Source: Pocillopora damicornis
Taxonomy: Eukaryota
Assembly: GCF_003704095.1 (NCBI RefSeq)
Contig: NW_020846470.1
Span: 19,971-41,883 of the forward strand
DNA: 21,913 bases
Reading direction: 5' to 3'
Part shown: in pieces, positions 1-9,327 of the stretch
Position numbering within the stretch: the stretch's first letter is position 1
Layout: every line of letters starts with the position of its first letter
Notes under the pieces: model-generated
Database searches by the model: none
Seen by the model: the letters and a program-made list of their open reading frames with translations, nothing else
What the model was told of the DNA's origin: nothing
Translations under genes and position numbers: made by a program

Positions 1-427
1 AACCTTAACTTGTTGTCAACTGACTGTTGTTGAGTTAGGGGAGGGGTGGGTGGGCGGGCAGTTGCTCAGATACTGATATTGATACGCTAACTCTAATAAA
101 AGAACGAAGACAAAGAAAACATTAAAATCACGAGATTAACATTAACCTCTTAAGGACACAGCCAAGGGTGGCATCGCCATAGCTGGCATCGCCATAGCTC
201 GCCTTAATGCCTTAGGTTTTCTCTCGGCGTCACAAGTGCCGATGCTCTTCACCGGCTCAGGCTTTGATTCACTCTCTGTATACATGTCTGTTTGGACAGA
301 AACAGGATCGTGTTAGTGGCAATAAGTTTTTTTTCTTTTGGAGAATGCAGAGTAACATCCATCGGAAAATTATCCTTCGTAGTTGTCCGCCCAAAATAAG
401 AAACTCTGTTCTGTCGAACTTTGTAAT

Positions 428-540
428 AATCGTCACACTTTGTAATACCTGGCGACCTTTACAAAAACTTTTCGTCGCACTTCGAAACAAAAAAGCTGTC
501 ACTCTTTGTAATAATAAATTATCGCACTTGGTACGAAAAT
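428..540. repeat. ~20-bp sub-repeat cluster (gtcRcacttYgtaata-like), 5 units, inside repeat copy 1
   Basis: Successive units: cgtcacactttgtaatacc / tggcgacctttacaaaaac / gtcgcacttcgaaacaaaa / gtcactctttgtaataata / tcgcacttggtacgaaaat. Confidence 0.6.
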
Positions 541-1124
541 ACGCTTTTTGAAATTTTTTCCTCCAACCTCGAGCCTTTAATGGCCGTAATAATTATTTGC
601 AAATCAAAAAATCTTCACAATAATAAGGTTTTCTAAGGTAATGTGCCATGAAATTTGAAGTCATACCAACTCATACTGATATATACATAGTGAAAGACTT
701 CTTCTTGATTGATAGGGGGAATGTCATTTTCACCTTTCAAATTTCACTTTTATAGCTCGAAGAACCAGTTACTGCATCAATCTTCGAAAGATCACCAGAT
801 AAAGCGGTTCCTTTTAATGAAATGTTATACATTTCCCGAAAGTCACCAAGCCAAGCAAGTGGCTTTAAAAAAGTTGACAAGACGTAGTTACATCCTAACA
901 TCAGTGTGCATATTATCCTTACTATTCTCCACACACAGGAGAATTTGTTAAACAATCAAGAGCTTCTTAACTGGCGATCATTTCCTTTATTTTCGACACC
1001 TTAATGTACGATTCAGGTGTGATATTGTTAGGAGAAATTAGATGCTTGTCACACTTAGGGGTCAAAAGGTAAACTATCATCACCCATCAAACCGACTAGT
1101 AAGAGAAAACACGTTCTGCTGTAC

Positions 1125-1226
1125 CTTGGGTCCTCGTTTTAGAGGCTGAATTCATGTCTCTCGTGATTACCCGCGGGGAGGGCGCCTCTGAAGCTTCCTC
1201 TTCCTCATCCTCATCCTCATCCATGC
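1125..1226 (-). CDS. Candidate cassette-like exon (phase 1-1, 102 nt) in repeat copy 1: G MDEDEDEEEEASEAPSPRVITRDMNSASKTRTQ
   Basis: Minus-strand acceptor ttttcaacttacag|GC and donor CCCAAG|GTACAG. Open frame, homologous to exons 2795-2884 and 3321-3490; length 2+99+1. Confidence 0.45.
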
Positions 1227-1571
1227 CTGTAAGTTGAAAATATAATTCGTATTTTGATATTTAATTTATGTTGTCATGGTGTAGTTAGCTTCTTTGCTCC
1301 CTTTTGTCTATCCTTATCCCAGAAAATTATCATGTTGAGGTTTCCATCAATATTCTCTATTTGATAAATCCCAAGAAATAAACAGAGGGAAAGTGTATTC
1401 CACTCCCTGGCTCCCACAATGATTATGTGTACTTTTCTACTGTACTAAGTTTGAACTTCGAACTACGTGTAATGATAACACTTTACGCAGTCTACATTGT
1501 AGCACGCAGGCACAGTTTTGCACAAAGAAAATAAGCAAGCAAACAAACTAGTAGAAATCAAGCTAACTCGG

Positions 1572-1704
1572 ATCAATATCAGTATTTGGGCAACTGCCCA
1601 CCTACCCCTCCCCTAACCCAACATTAACCTTAACTTGTTGTCAACTGACTGTTGTTGAGTTAGGGGAGGGGTAGGTGGGCAGTTGCCCAGATACTGATAT
1701 TGAT
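1572..1704. repeat. Inverted repeat (two 45-bp arms, 1 mismatch, 43-bp spacer) spanning the unit 1 / unit 2 junction
   Basis: 1572-1616 (atcaatatcagtatttgggcaactgcccacctacccctcccctaa) is the reverse complement of 1660-1704 (ttaggggaggggtaggtgggcagttgcccagatactgatattgat). The right arm recurs at 34-83. Confidence 0.8.
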
Positions 1705-2036
1705 ACACTAACTCTAATAAAAGAACGAAGACAAAGAAAACATTAAAATCACGAGATTAACATTAACCTCTTGAGTACACAACCATGCGTGGCTTCGCCT
1801 TAGCTCGCCTTAATGCCTTATGTTCTCTCTCGGCGTCACAAGTGCCGATGCTCTTCACCGGCTCAGGCTTTGATTCACTCTTTATATACATGTCTGTTTG
1901 GACAGAAACAGGATCATGTTAGTGGCAATAAGTTTTTTTTCTTTTGGAGAATGCAGAGTAACATCCATTGGAAAATCATCCTTTGTAGTTGCCCGCCCAA
2001 AATAAGAAACTCTGTTCTGTCGAACTTTGTAATAAT

Positions 2037-2190
2037 CGTCACACTCTGTAATACCTGTCGCACTATGTAAAAAAATTGTCGCACTTTGTAATACCTGGCG
2101 ACCTTTACAAAAACTTTTCGTCGCACTTCGTAACAAAAAATCTGTCACTCTTTGTAATAATAAATTATCGCACTTGGTAAGAAAATACGC
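2037..2190. repeat. Same ~20-bp sub-repeat cluster in copy 2, expanded to ~7 units
   Basis: Copy 2 has the extra block tgtcgcactatgtaaaaaaattgtcgcactttgtaatacc, absent from copy 1. Confidence 0.6.
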
Positions 2191-2794
2191 TTTTTGAAAT
2201 TTTTTCCTTCAACCTCGAGCCTTTAATGGGCCGTAATAATTATTTGCATATCAAAAAATCTTCACTAAAATAAGGTTTTCTCAGGTAATGTGCCATGAAA
2301 TTTGACGTCATACCAACTCATACTGATGATCGGAGGAATGACGACCTGAATTTTTTTATAGTATAGACTTCTTCTTGATTGATAGGGGGAATGTCATTTT
2401 CACCTTTCAAATTTCACTTTTATAGCTCGAAGAACCAGTTACTGCATCAATCTTCGAAAGATTACCAGATAAAGCGGTTCCTTTTAATGAAATGTTATAC
2501 ATTTCCCGATAGTCACCAAGACAAGCAAGTGGCTTTAAAAAAGTTGACAAGACGTAGTTACATCCTAACATCAGTGTGCATATTATCCTGACTATTCTCC
2601 ACACACAGGAGAATTTGTTAAACAATCAAGAGCTTCTTAATTGGTGATCATTTCCTTTATTCTCGACACCTTAATGTACGATTCAGGTGTGATATTGTAA
2701 GGAGAAATTAGATGCTTGTCACACTTAGGGGTCAAAAGGTAAACTATCATCACCCATCAAACCGACTAGTAAGAGAAAACACGTTCTACTGTAC

Positions 2795-2884
2795 CTTGGG
2801 TCCTCGTTTTAGAGGCTGAATTCATGGCTCTCATGATTACCCGCGGGGAGTGCGCCTCTGAAGCTTCCACTTCCTCATCCATTT
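2795..2884 (-). CDS. Candidate cassette-like exon (phase 1-1, 90 nt) in repeat copy 2: E MDEEVEASEAHSPRVIMRAMNSASKTRTQ
   Basis: Acceptor ttttcaatctacag|AA, donor CCCAAG|GTACAG. Phase-compatible with the donor of exon 3321-3490. Confidence 0.45.
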
Positions 2885-3320
2885 CTGTAGATTGAAAATA
2901 TAATTCGTATTTTGATATTTAATTTATGTTGTCATGGTGTAATTAGCTTCTTTGCTCCCTTTTGTCTATCCTTATCCCAGAAAATTATCATGTTGAGGTT
3001 TCCATCAATATTCTCTATTTGATAAATCCCAAGAAATAAACAGAGGGAAAGTGCATTCTACTCCCTGGCTCCCGCAATGATTATGTGTACTTTTCTTTTC
3101 CAAGACAGAATTTCTCCATAAAATATCGATATAATATCAACCAGATAATTGATAAGAATAAGAAAAATATCAATTTGGGGATAATTGGTTTATCCAATAC
3201 TAAATTCTCTGAACTAACATTATAAGAATTGTATGGTTGATAGCAAGGAGAATTACAAATTTGATCTAGGAGTTAAAAGGTTAAATAATGGCCGCTCCCT
3301 TGGTGTAAGTTTCCTCGTAC

Positions 3321-3490
3321 CTTGCTGGTCCATTTCACAGAATTCAAGCTCCTCTTCATCCAGAAGTTCTGCCTCCGCCACCGAAACATTATTGTCGCTA
3401 CTATCCCCAGAGGAGAAGGCACTACCTTCTGTAGGATCACTCCAGTCGGAATCTTTGCTTGTGGAATTCCGTGGCACTTCGACATCGAGA
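3321..3490 (-). CDS. VIT/VWA gene 3' exon: acidic Ser/Asp/Glu-rich segment (S)LDVEVPRNSTSKDSDWSDPTEGSAFSSGDSSDNNVSVAEAELLDEEELEFCEMDQQ
   Basis: Acceptor cattttttcgattgtag|T takes 1 nt to complete the AG left by exon 4473-4570. Donor CAGCAAG|GTACGAGG. 170 nt = 1+168+1. The 3' part is homologous to the repeat-unit exons. Confidence 0.55.
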
Positions 3491-4127
3491 CTACAATCGA
3501 AAAAATGTATAATCGCGGATGAGAGAGAAATTCTCAAATTGATTTTCTCTTGTTGATGTTCTTATTTACCTCATGGTATCGATCAATTTCCAGCTTTTTA
3601 TATTTTCGCTTAGAAGAAAAATTTAAAAGTCCCTTTAGTTGTTGAAATGTACATGTGAATGCAAATGTTAATGTAGGGGAAGATTCAAAGGTCAGGTTCC
3701 ATTACAAAAACACGATCTTCAACTGCAAACGATTGGTAAAGTGTTCGATTGAGAGAATGACTGAAACACTTCCAACTCAAACAAGCTGCAAACTGAAAAG
3801 GTTGATCCCGATGAAAAATAACCAAAGTATAGCTTGCCACAGGAAACCAGACCATCGCGTGAAATCAAGAAAGTTGTTTAGTAATTGTCATCACATGAAT
3901 AGGAAATATCAGCGACAGTTAACGACAACCCTTCATGGCGAGTTATAACTTTTAAGAAAACTTTAGGCAAAAAGACCTATTTTACGGAGTCAAAAAAGTG
4001 TGATCACATATTATCACCCGTTCTACTCCGTGCTTCGAGAAAAAGTAAAAAATGAAAATGTTTTATTCCTAGCAAGCAACAGGTTTAGTTAAGTTTAGTT
4101 CAAACTTCGATCCAAGGGTTAGGGGTT

Positions 4128-4176
4128 AAGTAAAGGAGGGGAGTAGAGGGGAGGGGAGGAGAGGAAGGGGAGGGAC
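4128..4176. repeat. Polypurine GA-rich tract (GGGGAGG-like units)
   Basis: aaggaggggagtagaggggaggggaggagaggaaggggaggga. Confidence 0.8.
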
Positions 4177-4242
4177 TGACAAAAGATGTAACTTGTCCTA
4201 TGAAGTGACAGTCACAGTCATGATAATTAAATTATAATGACT

Positions 4243-4306
4243 ATATATATATATATTATAATATAATATATTATAATGATTATATATATATATATATATA
4301 TATATG
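4243..4306. repeat. (TA)n microsatellite, interrupted
   Basis: ctatatatatatatattataatataatatattataatgattatatatatatatatatatatatatatgg. Confidence 0.9.
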
Positions 4307-4472
4307 GAATCCGTATCAATGTTTCTATCCTTCACTATATCCTTGTACTTTCTTAGTGAGTCTTTCCTTCGTTTTGGTCTTTCTGTCGCGCAAAATGAAG
4401 GTAGTTTGTCCAAGTGCCAAAAGTAACTTAAAATATAATGATGAAGGAGAAAAGGAATAAGTACGCTCTTAC

Positions 4473-4570
4473 CTGAAATCACTGACAGCCGACTCGTTTT
4501 CTTCAAAAATTCGGCAAGCCTTCTCCTCTTCACCCATCAAAGTGTACAAGTTTGAAAGGGCTTTTATTGC
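4473..4570 (-). CDS. VIT/VWA gene exon: AIKALSNLYTLMGEEEKACRIFEENESAVSDF (phase 0 in, 2 out)
   Basis: Acceptor ttttttttttaacacag|GCA, donor TTTCAG|GTAAGAGC. PVTVK|AIKALSNLYT resembles the recalled human VWA5A C-terminal PSVVKAAITFLKS. Confidence 0.6.
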
Positions 4571-5093
4571 CTGTGTTAAAAAAAAAATAAACATGACTAA
4601 ACGGCCAGAAATACTCTTCATTGTTGGTTTTAAAGACAAAGACAGTCAAGGACTCCAGAGGCAACTTATTCGTGTCTTAACATCGTTTGTATACGAGGCT
4701 GACCTACACAGCTGCTGTAGTTGAGCTCGGGCGCTGTGGAATGAAGCAACTAGGAGTACTTCTCCTGAATAAAATGTCAGTCCACCACAGGTTACCACAT
4801 CCCCTCCCCCAATTTCCTTGGATTTTACTTACAGTTCAATAGTTATCATTTACTACTGGGTTGAGAGAAGGAGGAGAGGGTTGTTCAATATAAATTATCT
4901 AGCCCAAGAATACAACACGAAGAACTAGAACCCAACCTATTCGCTTCGAAGTTCAGTAGGCTAACCACTTGACAAATACGTCTCTCTTGCATCTCGTGGC
5001 GTGTCTTTGTCTACTCTACCACACTTTAGTCATGAACGACCAGAAACAGACAAGTAGACAAAAAACCATGGAAATCAAATAGGCACAGTTTAC

Positions 5094-5237
5094 CTTAACT
5101 GTCACTGGCTGATCAGCACCGAGGTTTTCCTTCGCTTCTTCAATAATTTCTTTGTAAAGGCGCTCGCTTTGTAAAACTGAGCTTGTCTCCAACACCTTCG
5201 CCTCTTGGAGCTTTTTCTCTAGTTTCTCTTCAATATT
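5094..5237 (-). CDS. VIT/VWA gene exon: NIEEKLEKKLQEAKVLETSSVLQSERLYKEIIEEAKENLGADQPVTVK (phase 0-0)
   Basis: Acceptor ttccaaccacag|AAT, donor GTTAAG|GTAAAC. 144 nt, 48 codons with no stop, coiled-coil-like composition. Confidence 0.65.
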
Positions 5238-5651
5238 CTGTGGTTGGAACGTGGAGGGCAATCATGCAGATTTGCACATAACGACAAAATTACAATCTTA
5301 GCCTTGACCTCCAAAATCATTTTAACAAAACACCAAACCCCGAAAACGCTTTTCTTTTTGTTAAGTTAAAACCTCTCCCAACAAGGAGTGACTTCAAAAG
5401 AAGTTTGTCTTTACAAGATCTATACATTTTCAAGCAGAAAGCTGATGGGAAGAAAGGAATACCAGAATATCAACTAGGGGATGTTGTTTGATTTGACAGT
5501 AAATTCTCCGAGCCTAAAATGAGAAATATGTTCTGGAAAATGGAGAAAATTTATAGCTAGATCTTGGGACTAAGGTCATAAAAAAAACAAGATATAAGGC
5601 TTTGCAGTAAGCTCGATTTGAAGGCTACTGCTGAAAAAGGACCATTCTTAC

Positions 5652-5774
5652 CAGTTCCTGATTTTTCTCCATTACAGGTCGACTCTCCCAAGCTATGTAT
5701 TCCAATATGTCTACATCTTCCGTAGAGACCAACTCGAGTATACTCGGTCCCTGGCCCTCCTTGAATTTCTCGTC
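5652..5774 (-). CDS. VIT/VWA gene exon: DEKFKEGQGPSILELVSTEDVDILEYIAWESRPVMEKNQEL (phase 0-0)
   Basis: Acceptor ccttcttatag|GAC, donor GGAACTG|GTAAGAATGG. 123 nt. This frame was preferred over the Gly/Cys-rich frame of the six-frame track. Confidence 0.65.
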
Positions 5775-6368
5775 CTATAAGAAGGAAACGGAAAAGCAAC
5801 ACACATGTTGTCAAGAATTTTGAGAGGTTATATGGGTAATTCAACTCCAGCCAATACTCCTTTAAACAGGGTTTCAACGAGACGTATACTCTGGAAACCT
5901 TATCATTCATGTTATTAAAAGCATTTACATGTAAATTCTTAGCTTACCCCTATTTGAGATTCCAGAGTTATCTCGCCATTCGAAAATTTTCTCCTAATGC
6001 TTTAAAAATTCAACTTTAGACTCCGCCATTTTGAAAACAATTCAGTAAAATGGGAACGCACACATAACCTATGAGCAACGGTTCACATTCTGCCGCTCCT
6101 GTAGCTTCAAACAAATTGGCGAGAGATGGAAGAGTGGGGAATGAGCCTTGTTATGTCACAGGTAAGCAGCCGGATCGCTAAGAAAGGTTTAATATGGCGA
6201 CCTCCATGGTCGAATCTTCAGCAAATTGAAAAAAGACTTAGAAAGGCTCGGTTACTCTTAATAATCTCAAAATGAAGCAAGAATCATAATTTCGTACATA
6301 CGCTATTCATCAATGAGACTAAATTGCATGGTTTCTTGGGCATATTTCTCCCTTTATCTCATTTCTAC

Positions 6369-6470
6369 CTTTTCTCTGTGTTCAACTGCAACAAAACTTG
6401 TGAATTTGGATACCACGGAGAACGTCTTGCTCAAGGAAACGATGAAGTCTTTCCTGTCTCTCTTCACAAT
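6369..6470 (-). CDS. VIT/VWA gene exon: IVKRDRKDFIVSLSKTFSVVSKFTSFVAVEHREK (phase 0-0)
   Basis: Acceptor ttattttatgattccgtag|ATT, donor GAAAAG|GTAGAAATG. Aligns well with the recalled human VWA5A segment KKDALNLSLESGVISSFTAFIAINKE. Confidence 0.75.
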
Positions 6471-7014
6471 CTACGGAATCATAAAATAACAACAACCTCG
6501 GTTCAGTCATGAACAAGGCAAATCTCGACGGCCTAGACATAAGTAAGCACTTAGGTATTAACATGCAACTGCAGCCCCCGGTTCTTTGAATGGTGGATAA
6601 CTCAATCCCCAAGACAAATCTCTATCCCGTGGATAGCGCAATACGTTTTGTTCGCAGTTATCCACTAGATAGCGACTTATCCGTTATTTAGTGTTAGTTT
6701 AGCCTCTTAGTCAGCCCCTTGAACAACTCGCAGCCAGTAAATTGTGTTCGCCAAGAACACAACATGATAACCCTGAGCAGGGTTTGAACCCAGACCCCTC
6801 CATCAGGATAGTGAATCAGTGTGTAATGTGTCAATCACCATTTGAAGTTATCGTCATAATCCTCATTGTTTCTGTCTCATCTTATGGAGACTAGGGCCAA
6901 TCCCTCTTTCTCCCTCCAACACGATTTGAATTACTCAGCACCGACAACATGCGGCTAAAATAAATGCAATGATGAATGATATTATTTAATATTAGCTATG
7001 TTTTTGAGACAAAC

Positions 7015-7095
7015 CTCATGCCCAGTGCGCTGCTCATGCAGGCTACCTTCGTCCCAGTCTCTGATGATTGCACGCGCGGTCAGCTGATGAAGAAT
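7015..7095 (-). CDS. VIT/VWA gene exon: ILHQLTARAIIRDWDEGSLHEQRTGHE (phase 0-0)
   Basis: Acceptor ttccttgcacag|ATT, donor CATGAG|GTTTGTC. Aligns with the recalled VWA5A segment TIHRLAAKSLLQTKD. An alternative donor after GACGAAG|GTAGCC gives a shorter exon with a non-compatible phase. Confidence 0.65.
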
Positions 7096-7175
7096 CTGTG
7101 CAAGGAAGCGATTGTAGAAAATTACCAAAAATGCAATCACTGAAAGCTGGATAGTTTTTTTCCACTTGCACTTAC

Positions 7176-7256
7176 TTTGCCCTTAGTGATATTTAGATCA
7201 GCGGTAGACACCATGGTTGATACCGTTGTGCCGTTAACCTCTGCGCTCAAGGTGGC
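7176..7256 (-). CDS. VIT/VWA gene exon: ATLSAEVNGTTVSTMVSTADLNITKGK (phase 0-0)
   Basis: Acceptor tcctaccag|GCC, donor GGCAAA|GTAAGTGC. 81 nt. DLNIT resembles the recalled VWA5A DVNLT. Confidence 0.65.
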
Positions 7257-7333
7257 CTGGTAGGAGTTCAGAAAAAATTCAAAGCATCAGTGTGGCCTTA
7301 AAATGAACTTGATGTCAGAAAATCAGTAGTTAC

Positions 7334-7504
7334 CTGTGTGCAGTTATCAACAAATCCATAAACCACTTGTCTAGAACCGTTGAACAGCGACAAGAGTTGG
7401 TGAGGAGCTTGTACAGGGGGACTGGACCCGGAATCGTGCTGCTGCCAGGTTACTCCCACTGATGTCAGGCCTGGTTGCTCAGCTTTGGACAACTGCGATC
7501 TCAC
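7334..7504 (-). CDS. VIT/VWA gene exon: VRSQLSKAEQPGLTSVGVTWQQHDSGSSPPVQAPHQLLSLFNGSRQVVYGFVDNCTQ (phase 0-0)
   Basis: Acceptor gttcatttag|GTG, donor CACACAG|GTAACTAC. 171 nt. Aligns with the recalled VWA5A segment VSLSWHLPPG...IFRGQRLISYAQL. Confidence 0.75.
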
Positions 7505-8021
7505 CTAAATGAACATTATTTTCTCAACAACGAATTCTTAAATATTCTTTTGATAATCAATTTTTCCAGAAGCTATGGCCGTTTTCTAAGAGACAATGAA
7601 GATTGGCGGAAGTTGTCATCGATAAATAATTTCATGCCATCAATTTTCATCTCGAGTCATAATAGCCTTTTCTGTTGACAGGAATTCCATACCTTTCTTT
7701 CCCATTTAGACTTGGCACTACCTTCAAAAAACTCTGAGGCACCAGCTCCAACTCTGGACATTGCTCGTAGAAGGTAACGATTGGCCGTGGAACTGAGGAG
7801 AAAAGGAAACGAACCAAACAAGGTGTAGTGATGAGAAACTTCTCGCATACAAACGGATATATATAGCAATTTCAAAGGTAACGCCTCAAGTCATCGGTGG
7901 TGTTTAACCAAAAATCCGAATTGTCACTTATCGTCTACAGGTAGAACAGGAAAAAATAATTTAATATCAGAGATCACATTTCTTTACGGGATGCTGCGCA
8001 CCCCGAGATCTGCCTCAATCC

Positions 8022-8058
8022 TAACTTGAAGCATCGTAGCTCAGTTGGTACCGGCATC
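8022..8058 (+). other. tRNA-derived fragment (5' half-like: GCATCGTAGCTCAGTTGGTA...CCGCAG)
   Basis: Shares TAGCTCAGTTGGTA and a CCGG..ATC..CGCAG segment with the 9256-9327 element, but is not a complete cloverleaf. Confidence 0.3.
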
Positions 8059-8899
8059 CAACCGCAGCACACGGACTTGAGTCGACTGTCATCAGAAAAG
8101 AAAAGAAGACCGAATTGGACGACATCTTTGGATCTCTTTGCTAAGATTAAAAACAAGGGAAACTTTATCTCATGGAAAAAACATTAAGTTTACAAAATCT
8201 GAGAGCTCAAAACGCCCTTCCTGAGTGTTTGCAAAATTTAAACTTAGCTTGAGCATCCAACACAGAGCTGAAGCCTTTGGGAGATATGGTACAATACGAT
8301 CCTAACCTGGAAAGGCCCTTTTCCGGTTACTTACCCCACACCAAGGGAAAAGAGCCTGTCACTTTGGCAATGATTGCGGATCAAGCCAAGAGTGGTTTCC
8401 TCTTCTGTCACGTGGCCATCCGAGATTAAGAACAGATTGCGTGGGTGGTCAGCGGTCGATAAGGTGGGTAACATGTACAGCTTCCGAAGGACTCGCCACA
8501 ACTCTGTGCTGCCTTTGTCAGCGATTAAGGACTGGAAAAAATGACGTAATAACTAACGATCTTGACTTTCAACCGGGTTGAAAACCAAAGGAATGGAATG
8601 GCATTTTAATTCGTTTGCACAGAAAAAGAATGTTATGTTCAATGAGAAGGCAATCTGAGGAAGAAATTACATTCTCAACAAGTTTTTAAATTCTTTTCAC
8701 GTGCCTTCCACGCGGTAAATTTTGCCAGCATGAGAAATTTTCAAGTGAAATAACTGAGAAAATCGTATGCAGCCTGTGCTCATATTTTACCATTGCGAGA
8801 ATCTGAGTAAACGCAGGAGCCCATTAATGAGCTCCTAGTATACGCCGATATGTCTCTGGTCAACTGAGCCACCCTACGGAAGCTTAGGAGTTTGCTTAC

Positions 8900-8973
8900 C
8901 TCGACAAATTTTTTAGCTTCTTCAAAAGAATCTTTGTCTTTTCGTACGCTATATAGAAACAGCTCTGAATGTT
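8900..8973 (-). CDS. VIT/VWA gene exon (C-terminal VWA helix): (x)HSELFLYSVRKDKDSFEEAKKFVE (phase 1 in, 0 out)
   Basis: Acceptor tgtctgttttcag|AA, donor GTCGAG|GTAAGCAAAC. Resembles the recalled VWA5A segment TSEFITGKDRMQSKALRTLKR. The upstream partner exon that supplies 1 nt was not found. Confidence 0.6.
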
Positions 8974-9255
8974 CTGAAAACAGACAAGTACAGCCAGTTA
9001 ACTGAACTGATTTAATATCAATTTGAAGCTGCACAAAGGGCTAAAGACGCGATGGAAATGCTAAAAAACGTTTACAGAGTAAGTTGACAATTAAAGGTGT
9101 CCCTCCCTACCTGCCGTCAAAACACAGTAGTTAAACTACAAACTAATCTGAATTTCATATATTTGCACTGCGGTGAAGAGATGAAATTAAGAGATCCTCG
9201 CAGCTAAGAACACTACTGAAACGAGTAGTTGAAAATAGGACCTGAAAAAAATTCA

Positions 9256-9327
9256 GGCTCGTACGGGATTTGAGCCCATGACCTCTGCGATACCGGTGCA
9301 GCGCTTTACCAACTGAGCTAACAAGCC
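9256..9327 (-). pseudogene. tRNA-Ile-like degenerate tRNA (pseudogene or SINE head), followed by a T7 tract
   Basis: Minus strand: GGCTTGTTAGCTCAGTTGGTAAAGCGCTGCACCGGTATCGCAGAGGTCATGGGCTCAAATCCCGTACGAGCC. Resembles a recalled tRNA-Ile sequence, with acceptor stem and A/B-box-like regions. The D-stem and anticodon stem have mismatches, position 33 is not U, and the T-loop reads CTCAAAT. TGAATTTTTTT follows 4 nt downstream. Confidence 0.5.

Larger units (their letters stand above)
1..1623. repeat. Tandem repeat unit, copy 1 (~1.62 kb; truncated at window edge; carries a minus-strand cassette-like exon)
   Basis: 1-1437 aligns base-for-base (few indels) with 1624-3097. Both copies share the same opening (aaccttaacttgttgtcaactgactgttgttgagttagggga...), the same ORFs and the same splice-flanked exon. 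Confidence 0.85.
1624..3097. repeat. Tandem repeat unit, copy 2 (diverges from copy 1 after 3097)
   Basis: Near-identical to 1-1437. Differences: a 40-bp insertion of extra sub-repeats at ~2055-2094, an indel at ~2320-2360, and a shorter acidic-codon run at ~2870. Confidence 0.85.

Noticed and set aside
264-951. Plus- and minus-strand ORFs of 70-95 aa inside repeat copy 1, duplicated at 1813-2625 in copy 2
   Set aside because: Low-complexity and Cys/Phe-rich, with no splice sites or homology. They recur only because the DNA is tandemly duplicated. Only the splice-flanked acidic exon at 1125-1226 looks coding.
4198-4533. 111-aa minus-strand ORF (track) containing YIYIYIY
   Set aside because: It translates the (TA)n microsatellite. 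Only its first ~30 codons, re-phased as exon 4473-4570, are exon-like, and a consensus GTAAGA donor terminates the exon.
5557-5910. 117-aa minus-strand ORF in the track frame (GREIQGGPGTEYTRVGLYGRCRH...)
   Set aside because: Gly/Cys/Arg-rich and not protein-like. The +1 frame over 5652-5774 gives DEKFKEGQGPSILELVSTEDVDILEY..., which has proper splice sites and phase continuity with its neighbours.
6382-6612. Frame DCEERQERLHRFLEQDVLRGIQIHKFCCS* entered from an alternative GACGAAG|GTAGCC donor
   Set aside because: Ends in a stop upstream of clearly homologous downstream exons. The phase-0 frame (IVKRDRKDFIVSLSKTF...) aligns strongly with the recalled VWA5A sequence and keeps phase with 7015-7095 and 5652-5774.
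6770-6805. GCAGGGTTTGAACCCAGACCCCTCCA resembling a tRNA T-arm plus CCA
   Set aside because: No matching acceptor 5' strand or D-arm ~70 nt upstream. Most likely a chance occurrence or a very decayed SINE tail.
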